Below, in pieces: positions 53,789 to 61,798 of a DNA stretch of 64,000 bases; the stretch's first letter is position 1, and every line of letters starts with the position of its first letter. A program made the position numbers and the translations under genes. Origin of the DNA: Bacteroidales bacterium (GTDB lineage Bacteria > Bacteroidota > Bacteroidia > Bacteroidales > JAGONC01); contig JAGLWB010000328.1 of NCBI GenBank assembly GCA_023133655.1, positions 7,681-71,680 on the forward strand, read 5' to 3'. Under the pieces are notes generated by a model. That model was not told where the DNA came from. It made no database searches and saw only the letters and a program-made list of their open reading frames with translations.

Positions 53789-56323
53789 TTAATTACAATC
53801 ATAACTACTGCAAGTGAAATAGTATACAGGAATCCAATAAACACTAAATGTTTTAAACCCCCTGGTTCCATATTCCTCAAAAGGATAAATAGATTTAATT
53901 TTTTGAAGTTCATGGTATGAGTTCCTAACTTCTCTTCTGAATTCAGTTAAATTGGGCAAATCATTATTCCTTGGTATAGTATTGCATTGGGTTGGATCTA
54001 AAATATCGCCAACTGTCAAATTACAAATTCTTGAACAAGTACCAAGTTCGGTAATTGGTGAATCAATAATCATTTGGAATAATTCGCAAATTGTAAGATC
54101 ATCCGGGTTTACTGTTTGGTCTCCTGAATAAATTAATGCTAATCTCTCAAAAACATCGTGCAAACGATTCCTTAAAGTGTTTTCTGAAACTCCTCTGAAC
54201 ATTGATTCAATAAGATCAAGTTCTCTCGTGAATTGTTCCAGTTCATCAACGGTCACCATAACATCAAAAGCCCACCAATCGCCATTAGAATTGGATGGCT
54301 GAATAAATGAAAAACCTTCTTTGTAGAACTGGTTCTTTTCACTTAAAACTTTTTCAAGAATGCCTTCTTCAATGATTTCATTTATTGACATATCGGGATA
54401 AACCTTTCTAAGCATTTCGAGTATTTCCCTTGTAATTGTGGCAATATCGGCGGTGAAATCCCCACCTGGCAAATTTATTCCATATTCGTCAAGTATCTCT
54501 TCTAAACTTTTATGTCCGTATGATAACTCATGTAAGACTTCCATAAGCATCTTAGTACCATAACTCGCATCAATTATTATGCGTTCTATATTTTCGGTTA
54601 GGTATGATTCATTCATCCTTTCGTTTGGTTCTGCATATATGAGTTTATGGACCAGTGACGATTTTTCACTGAATGATACAATATTATTATCTGTATCATC
54701 ATGTGTCTTTGAATCAGATGCTATACCCGAACGTCTTAGTAAATTTTGTTGATTAGATCTTTCAATCAATTGTGTAATTTGATTTTTGAAATCTCGATAA
54801 GTAGTATCCTTACAATTTTGATTCAAGGAATCACAAATCTTGTAATCTGTTTGAAATGCCAAGAGATTACAATTTAGCGTATCTATTAAGTTGATTAATT
54901 CAGGTAATATGGGTTGTCCGGCGTCAGTAACTGATGTCCAATCGTCAGTTCTTTCATGATCACCTGCATCCCCAATTAATACAATGATATTTGTTTCATC
55001 CTCTCTTTCATGTCCAATTATATACTCAAGTGCATACCATAAGCCATAATACATTGCCTCCGGTAAATCAGGATCTCCCCTGTCTTTGTTAGGATCATAA
55101 ACATTGGTTAAAAAATCAGAAACTTGCGAGTAGTCACTAACTATATTCTGTTCTTCAATAGCATAACTGTCATGAAATGAATCTCTGTAAACTACAGCTC
55201 CCCAATTAAGCTTGATACCTGTAGGATTTTTTGGATCAATAATTTGTGGATTCCTGTTTAACTCCCTAACACCATTATTAATTGCATCAACAACAGGGTT
55301 AAAATATTCTCTCATACTCATAGTTCCATCTATGACAAATACGACATTCATTATATTTTTAGGTGACTTGCTGAAGGCCTCACGCAAAGAATCTATTATT
55401 GCTGTAATTCTTATGCCCTTGTCATCGGTAATATCTCCTAATCTTCCCAACATTATGTTGTTTACCTCACAATTGTTTTGATCCTGAGTTATTATTCCTG
55501 TCTTTTTTCCAAGATAAGGAAGTCTGAACATTGAGCCGTGCCATTTTTTATTTGTAACCTGATCTCTGGCCCAGATTTGTGGAGCATTAACTCCTGCACA
55601 TATATCGTTGGTGTCAAGAATCAATGCCGGAGACCTATCAGTTGAACAGTAATTAGGTTGTACACAACCTCTTGAGTCCCATTGTGTAACAAATCTTTTA
55701 TCGATCCAGCCCTTTATTGTAAGAGGAAGGTTTCTTTCAATATTTGATGGGAATGCATCTTGCTCGCCCAGTAACAAAAAATCCCCAATTTGTTTGTAGA
55801 TATAATAAATGGTATATACCTGTGATCCTCTACCTGCAATTCTCTTTGTATCATCCAAAGGAACACTAAAGAAATTAAAGTCTTCCGTTATTGTTTCAAT
55901 AGTATTAACAATCATTGCTTTATATGAGGTCCTATTAGCTTTTTGTATACAATGAGGTAGAAGGATCAATTTTTCCTTTTTTATCCAACCAATGGAATTA
56001 CTATTACCTAATCTGGCTAATTCAACCCAAGAATCATTTTCATCGATAACATTGAAGGATTCTAAATAATCCAGAGATGTTCGATTTCCTGCTCCTTCAG
56101 ATGGCTGGGATTTAGTTCTATTCCCTGTACGGTCTGAAAAAACAATCCAGTCTAATGTTCCACGTTCATCAGCAATCTGGTGATAAATTTGTGATGGGTT
56201 GGTAATTACTACACCTCTGATCCTTTCGGGTACTCTTAAAAGGACCTGGCTATAAACTGGAACGGTAAATGCAATTAATAAAATGAATATGATTAAACTT
56301 CTTATGTAAAATAAAGCTTTCAT
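53789..56323 (-). CDS. Secreted protein: signal peptide, SH3b-like region(s), vWA domain with MIDAS-like DxTxS, helical region, Cys-rich C-terminal module
   Basis: 844 aa. Signal peptide (..FTVPVYSQ). SH3b-like ..FNVIDENDSWVELARLGNSNSIGWIKKEKL.. vWA: NVVFVIDGTMSM (D332-x-T334-x-S336) ... IIVLIGDAGDHE (aa ~326-495, nt 54839-55348). The C-terminal 85 aa carry 5 Cys. Confidence 0.7.
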   Translation of the reverse strand: MKALFYIRSLIIFILLIAFTVPVYSQVLLRVPERIRGVVITNPSQIYHQIADERGTLDWIVFSDRTGNRTKSQPSEGAGNRTSLDYLESFNVIDENDSWVELARLGNSNSIGWIKKEKLILLPHCIQKANRTSYKAMIVNTIETITEDFNFFSVPLDDTKRIAGRGSQVYTIYYIYKQIGDFLLLGEQDAFPSNIERNLPLTIKGWIDKRFVTQWDSRGCVQPNYCSTDRSPALILDTNDICAGVNAPQIWARDQVTNKKWHGSMFRLPYLGKKTGIITQDQNNCEVNNIMLGRLGDITDDKGIRITAIIDSLREAFSKSPKNIMNVVFVIDGTMSMREYFNPVVDAINNGVRELNRNPQIIDPKNPTGIKLNWGAVVYRDSFHDSYAIEEQNIVSDYSQVSDFLTNVYDPNKDRGDPDLPEAMYYGLWYALEYIIGHEREDETNIIVLIGDAGDHERTDDWTSVTDAGQPILPELINLIDTLNCNLLAFQTDYKICDSLNQNCKDTTYRDFKNQITQLIERSNQQNLLRRSGIASDSKTHDDTDNNIVSFSEKSSLVHKLIYAEPNERMNESYLTENIERIIIDASYGTKMLMEVLHELSYGHKSLEEILDEYGINLPGGDFTADIATITREILEMLRKVYPDMSINEIIEEGILEKVLSEKNQFYKEGFSFIQPSNSNGDWWAFDVMVTVDELEQFTRELDLIESMFRGVSENTLRNRLHDVFERLALIYSGDQTVNPDDLTICELFQMIIDSPITELGTCSRICNLTVGDILDPTQCNTIPRNNDLPNLTEFRREVRNSYHELQKIKSIYPFEEYGTRGFKTFSVYWIPVYYFTCSSYDCN

Positions 56324-56341
56324 TGTGTTTTAGTTTAGAAA

Positions 56342-58762
56342 TTAGTATTGAAGTTTTGGATCTTTAATGAAATAATAATCAGCTTGCTCTTCGCTTATAC
56401 CTTTCGATTGATTAAAGTATTCGAATTCAGTGTTTGAGAAATACTTGTCTTCAATCAAATAAGTTTGTATATTATAGTGAATTTCTTTTTTTATGTCATT
56501 CAGCGGAATATCATTAAAATATATAGAACTTAATTCAGAAATAAGCCTTGTAGCATCACTTTGAGAAGAAAACAAATAGTCCTTTCGAGTAATTAAACTA
56601 TTCTCTGTGTAAAACAAATGCATATTTACTTTCCTTCTGCTTGCATTCAAATAAGTGTCAAGTTTAAGAGATGAAGCCGCAAGAACAGTAATTTCATCAT
56701 CTGCACTTAACCTTCTTGATCCATATTTGTTTAGTATACCATAATATAACTCATCTGATGAATTTACGGTATTAAAATCTTCATAATTTCCGAATAAAAC
56801 TGGATCTTGGATATCAGTGCTGATATATATTAAATAATTCTGGTTCAGGCGATTAATGCTTCTTACTATTTTTTTAACCTGGTCAACAATTATCTCTCTC
56901 TTTGGCCTATATGAGATATTCGAATAATCATCTTCATAAAGGCTTACATATATCAGATTAAATGGTGTTAGTTCTTCAGTAGCAAGGTTGATTGATTGTT
57001 CAATTTCATTTTCATTGAATAAATCAGTGAGTTTTAGAGAAAGATAATCATTATTGACATCATTTGCAGATTTGATTTCATCACATATTATATCATACAT
57101 ATACGGTTTCCTGATTTTTAATGTCAATGTATTATTTCCTGAAAGTCTGAAATTTAGCCTGTTATTCCCATTACCAATTGATCCATTCTTATAAATATTG
57201 TCCTCCTCATCAACCAGGTAGTAATCCAGTTTAGCCGGGCTGTTATTCAGGTATATATTTAATTGTTTTTTAATATCTCCCTTCATAACATACTTGCTGG
57301 CCTTTTTTCCTGATGGTAATCGTGTTGGCTTATGATAAGGAACATTCGGTCGTATTAAATTAAAAGCAATACCGATATTGCCTCCCCAGTGAATGGTCCT
57401 TGTTGGATTTGCGTTAATCAGACTATTATATTCACCATAATCAGGTGATAAGTGATAATTATTTTCTTTTGAAATGGAGGTTATATCAAATATCACAGAA
57501 GGGCCAAAGTAAATTTCAAAATAACTATTTATTGGTATGCTAAATGTTAAGGCAGAATATCCTGATAAATAAACAGTGTTTAATTCATTCGTGATTTCTT
57601 GCTTTGGTAATATAGTATCAATGAAACCATAATATGGGAGATCGTATAATAATACTGATACAGAGTCCAATGTAACTGGATGTTTAAATCGATATAATCC
57701 CCTGTAAGATATTGAGTTAGTGTAGTCCTGATTATAACTGAAATTATGATTGAAAGGGAAATTAATACTTAACCCTAATTCAAACTGTAAGGAAGGTCTT
57801 GGATTTTTTTTATTATTGACCCACTTATTTGGAAGATAATAATCTAAGTAAAAACCAACCGGAACACCAATAGATGAGAATTTCGATTCTTCATAAACAT
57901 CGAAACCGATTAATAATTTAGTATAGTTTTGTCCTTCAATATCTTTATCTTTATAACTATCGCTAAAATCACTTAAATTAATTTTAGTATTGAAAGCCCG
58001 GTAGTTTATTCCACCACTTACTCCATACTTAAAATTTTTTGTTGAAATTCCGTTTAGATCCCAATAGGATTTCAGACTGAGAGCGATGCTTCTGCTTGAT
58101 TCATAAGAGAGTGTTTTGTACTTAGGGGATATCTCGGATGTTGAAAATTCCAGAGGGCCGAATAATGCTTCTACTTTTATTTTATCCGGTATGGATTTTT
58201 TATACCAGGATTGATCAACAATGGCCTCTTTAGGTTTTGCTATTTTATAGATTCTAAAAACTGATTCTCCTTTAATTGATTTCTCTATTATCGTAAAAGT
58301 GAGGCGAGTGCTATTCGCAAAATACCTGATTGGAGGATCCTCAACCATATCATCGATCGACATGTTTTTATTGAGTGATAAAGTTATAATATTGATTTCA
58401 CCCTTCTGTTCAATCTTGTGTAATATCAGATCATTAAATGATACCATAAAACCTTTTGGGTAGTGTTTTTCTATTAAACCACAATATTTGCTTACAGTGA
58501 TATACTCCTGGATTGAATCAATGTGAACTATATCATTATATACCAAAACAGCCGGATCATTAAAATACCTGATAAATCTATTTCTGTTTTCTTCAGAATA
58601 GGTAAAGTATCCAAAATTTTGAGAATAAATACTTAAACTGGCCGACTTCTCAAATTGAACAAGAAAGTTCTGTAACTCTATGTTTAAGTTTTGGCTATAA
58701 GTCAGTTTACATAATAGGAAAAAAACCAGAATTACTGATATTTTGATTTTCATAATTTTCAT
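56342..58762 (-). CDS. Outer-membrane protein: N-terminal domain plus beta-barrel (paralogous to 60217-61770) plus ~300-aa C-terminal extension of unknown function
   Basis: Signal peptide (MKIMKIKISVILVFFLLCKLTYSQ). The barrel-like middle shares blocks with the 517-aa ORF (GVSGGINYRAF/GFSVGLNYSSF, NYTKLLIG/DYTKLISG, SISYRGLYRF/SITYRGKYYF). The ORF-track start (58798) is a GTG overlapping the upstream gene by 35 nt. The ATG at 58762 lies 1 nt after that gene's stop. Confidence 0.55.
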   Translation of the reverse strand: MKIMKIKISVILVFFLLCKLTYSQNLNIELQNFLVQFEKSASLSIYSQNFGYFTYSEENRNRFIRYFNDPAVLVYNDIVHIDSIQEYITVSKYCGLIEKHYPKGFMVSFNDLILHKIEQKGEINIITLSLNKNMSIDDMVEDPPIRYFANSTRLTFTIIEKSIKGESVFRIYKIAKPKEAIVDQSWYKKSIPDKIKVEALFGPLEFSTSEISPKYKTLSYESSRSIALSLKSYWDLNGISTKNFKYGVSGGINYRAFNTKINLSDFSDSYKDKDIEGQNYTKLLIGFDVYEESKFSSIGVPVGFYLDYYLPNKWVNNKKNPRPSLQFELGLSINFPFNHNFSYNQDYTNSISYRGLYRFKHPVTLDSVSVLLYDLPYYGFIDTILPKQEITNELNTVYLSGYSALTFSIPINSYFEIYFGPSVIFDITSISKENNYHLSPDYGEYNSLINANPTRTIHWGGNIGIAFNLIRPNVPYHKPTRLPSGKKASKYVMKGDIKKQLNIYLNNSPAKLDYYLVDEEDNIYKNGSIGNGNNRLNFRLSGNNTLTLKIRKPYMYDIICDEIKSANDVNNDYLSLKLTDLFNENEIEQSINLATEELTPFNLIYVSLYEDDYSNISYRPKREIIVDQVKKIVRSINRLNQNYLIYISTDIQDPVLFGNYEDFNTVNSSDELYYGILNKYGSRRLSADDEITVLAASSLKLDTYLNASRRKVNMHLFYTENSLITRKDYLFSSQSDATRLISELSSIYFNDIPLNDIKKEIHYNIQTYLIEDKYFSNTEFEYFNQSKGISEEQADYYFIKDPKLQY

Positions 58763-58763
58763 T

Positions 58764-60182
58764 TTATTCGATAATAAAACTTTCTGAATAAACTTCACCT
58801 GATGTTGTTCTCACGACAACAACGTATAATCCTTTTGAAAGACCAGATACAGGTATTTTTGCCATGTGCTGGTTGTTTTTTGATGAATAATGGAATTCAT
58901 TAATACGAATTCCCTGGCAATTATAAATTTCAAATGATGAAATTGAAGAATTCCCGGGTTTTTCTAACTCGATATTTAATACTTCATTACATGGATTTGG
59001 ATATACTTTTATTGCTTCAGAATCCTTAGAATTAAATTCATTAGATTTATTACTGTTTTCATCAAATAGTATGAATGTATTGCATTTATTCTGTTTGTTA
59101 TTATATACTTCTACGAAATAATCATATTTATCAAAATCTACTTCTTCATATAAATAGAAATTTTTTTCTATAATTGGAAGTAAGCGAGTAGTGTCATCTT
59201 CCTCAATAAGTCCCCATAGATAATATAAATCGAGCAAATGGGTGACTGAAGAATCGACAAGGCAGACAAACAAATTCGAACCCGATTGTTTTGGTTGAAT
59301 GACAAGATTTTGAGGAGAAACATTAGTTGTTAGTAAAACTTTACTCTCAGCAAGATTCTTACAACCATTAGTATCCATTTCAGTAACGCTGACTACAAAT
59401 TCTGTGGGGCTTTCAACAGTTGGCCAGTCAACTGTAATTGAGTGGGAACCTGACTCCTCAACAATACCGGGGATTTCCCAATAATACTCATGCCCCTCGT
59501 AATTTTCTGTCACAAATAATGCGTTTTCCTCTCCGCTGCAAAAGGTTAAGTCACCATAAATAAAAGGATCTGGCAGTTTAGTGATTTTTATTGTATCAGA
59601 TGTGGAATTGACACATGAATTAAAGTCTTCAACGGTTAATTCTACAACATAGGAAGTATCTCCAATATCGTAGTAATGTTGCGGATCCGGGATGATTGAA
59701 AAAAAGCTATCACCAAAATCCCAATGATAAGTTAACGAATCAGGATTAATGCTTGAAGAACTAATCTGAAATGATGTAGAATCGCCAAAGCAGGTGTTAG
59801 AATAAGTGAATTCAATTTCAGGTAAAGGATTAACACTTAGATCAGCAGAATCTGATTCTGTTTCATTGATAATACATTTAAATAAACAATTATTCAGGAA
59901 CAACGAGGACTTCAAAATAATTAATGTATCTCCATCTTTTGAATAATTAATCGTATCATTATCGCTAATTTCAAGCCAATTTACCGGATCAGGTTTGCTA
60001 TAAAACCATGTATATTCTAATGATGAAGAACCGGATGAATCAACTTTTACCCAGAATTTTGAAGTTTGTCCATCACAAACAATTGTATTAATTGGTTGTT
60101 CTAATATCTCCAATTCCTGACTATACAAAACAGATAGACAACTGAAGAATAAAACAGTAACCAGAAGTTTAAGTATTTTCAT
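58764..60182 (-). CDS. T9SS-secreted protein with Ig-like and PKD domains and type-A C-terminal sorting domain
   Basis: 472 aa. Signal peptide, PKD signature YHWDFGDS...VELTVEDFNSC, a Cys-pair Ig-like module (GDLTFCSGEENALF...DTNGC), and the CTD KVYPNPCNEVLNIEL...GLYVVVVRTTSGEVYSESFIIE. Confidence 0.75.
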   Translation of the reverse strand: MKILKLLVTVLFFSCLSVLYSQELEILEQPINTIVCDGQTSKFWVKVDSSGSSSLEYTWFYSKPDPVNWLEISDNDTINYSKDGDTLIILKSSLFLNNCLFKCIINETESDSADLSVNPLPEIEFTYSNTCFGDSTSFQISSSSINPDSLTYHWDFGDSFFSIIPDPQHYYDIGDTSYVVELTVEDFNSCVNSTSDTIKITKLPDPFIYGDLTFCSGEENALFVTENYEGHEYYWEIPGIVEESGSHSITVDWPTVESPTEFVVSVTEMDTNGCKNLAESKVLLTTNVSPQNLVIQPKQSGSNLFVCLVDSSVTHLLDLYYLWGLIEEDDTTRLLPIIEKNFYLYEEVDFDKYDYFVEVYNNKQNKCNTFILFDENSNKSNEFNSKDSEAIKVYPNPCNEVLNIELEKPGNSSISSFEIYNCQGIRINEFHYSSKNNQHMAKIPVSGLSKGLYVVVVRTTSGEVYSESFIIE

Positions 60183-60216
60183 TGATTATTAATGTTATAT
60201 GTAATTTTTTAAGTAT

Positions 60217-61770
60217 TTATTTAATGCTTTTTGCTTTGAGTAAATACGTTACTCCTACGAGTATTGAAATATCGTTATACTGAATGCTCTCGCAGTGTTC
60301 GAATATATTATTTATTATTCCTGATGATTCAGATAAAATATAAGTCTTATTTACAGGGCTTAAACCTGGTATAAATCCATAGTTATATTTGCCTGAAATA
60401 TTGAAAGACCAGTTTTTTGATATCTCATAACCCAACCCTAAAGTTATATAAGCCGATACAGCATGTTTAGGTGTATTATTGCTGTTTTCAGTGATTTGCA
60501 GATCAGAGGTTGTATAATATCCATAGCTTGAAATATTTTCTAAAATATAATAATTAGAAATATCGCCCGGAAAAGCAAAATAATACTTTCCTCTGTAAGT
60601 AATAGATCCTGGATCCTCAATTGAGGTGACATAAGTAGATATATAGGAGTAATTAACACCTAAGTTTAAATAGAGATTTAATAATCTGCTCTTGCTTAAT
60701 TCTTTTAGTTTCAATTTTGACTTAAATGCTGCATATAAGCCAATTAAGCTCAAATCTGCAGTTTGTTTAATATTCGATCCTGATATTAGTTTAGTATAAT
60801 CTTCCGAGAGGATATCTTGCTGGTTTTGGATTGAATCGAAATATGTAACATAATCAGAGGTTATTTGAAAAGAAGAATAATTTAATCCTACACTAAAACC
60901 ATTGGTTATTTTTTGAGGGCCATCATTGAAAAAGTAGCTAATCCCTAATGAAGCAACAGGATTTATTGAGTAAAATGATTCTTCAGGTTTTTGTGGAATA
61001 TTATATTTACAGGTACCTTTGTTAAAACCAATTCCGATATCGACATCCAGGAAAAGCCGGTCCTGACTTCTTAAATGGTTAGAGATTATTTTCCTGATGT
61101 CTTTTTGTATCTCTTCATAAATACCATATATTTTAATTTCAGGTTCCTGGCTTTTCCAATTCTTTACCCGATAAGTGATAGTTGCATTATAATATCTGTC
61201 GAAATTAATATCTCTATTTCCTTCAGTACCTAATGAATCATTTCGTGATTCTTTTCTGAAATCCCCATAAATATAAAATGTACAATAAAAATTTAAAAAT
61301 AAATAGTTGGGATCGATATATGCATTTTCCCAATCATATGGTTCAAATCCTTCAGCCAAACCAATGGGGTAAATCTCGGAGTAAAATTGAACTTCACAGC
61401 TATGGTCGCAATACCATGCAATTAATGAATCAACGAATTGATTAACAGGAATAACTCTGTCGATTGGATTCGATTCCATCTCGAAAAGATTTTTTCGATC
61501 AATTAATTTATGGGGTAATACTGGTTCACGATCTCTACTGGAATAAAATAAAGTTTCAATACTGTTAGCTATTGCAGTATCAATTATATGCTTTTCGTTC
61601 TTATAAAGATCAATAGAACTTAGCCTGGTTGAGAGCTCACGGTTAAGCCTTTTTGACTCACTAATAAGAGTTGCTTTTTGAGATTTTAAAAGTTTTTGAG
61701 CAATACTTCTCGCTGGAATGAAAACAATGATTATTAATAACAGTAATATTAGAATTTTTTTATAAGTCAT
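60217..61770 (-). CDS. Outer-membrane protein: N-terminal domain plus beta-barrel (paralogous to 56342-58762)
   Basis: 517 aa. Signal peptide (..IIIVFIPARSIAQ). The C-terminal ~280 aa show alternating beta-strand pattern and blocks shared with the 818-aa ORF (see that entry). I do not recognise the family. Confidence 0.5.
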   Translation of the reverse strand: MTYKKILILLLLIIIVFIPARSIAQKLLKSQKATLISESKRLNRELSTRLSSIDLYKNEKHIIDTAIANSIETLFYSSRDREPVLPHKLIDRKNLFEMESNPIDRVIPVNQFVDSLIAWYCDHSCEVQFYSEIYPIGLAEGFEPYDWENAYIDPNYLFLNFYCTFYIYGDFRKESRNDSLGTEGNRDINFDRYYNATITYRVKNWKSQEPEIKIYGIYEEIQKDIRKIISNHLRSQDRLFLDVDIGIGFNKGTCKYNIPQKPEESFYSINPVASLGISYFFNDGPQKITNGFSVGLNYSSFQITSDYVTYFDSIQNQQDILSEDYTKLISGSNIKQTADLSLIGLYAAFKSKLKLKELSKSRLLNLYLNLGVNYSYISTYVTSIEDPGSITYRGKYYFAFPGDISNYYILENISSYGYYTTSDLQITENSNNTPKHAVSAYITLGLGYEISKNWSFNISGKYNYGFIPGLSPVNKTYILSESSGIINNIFEHCESIQYNDISILVGVTYLLKAKSIK

Positions 61771-61798
61771 TATATGATCAGTTTTAAATCAATTAATA

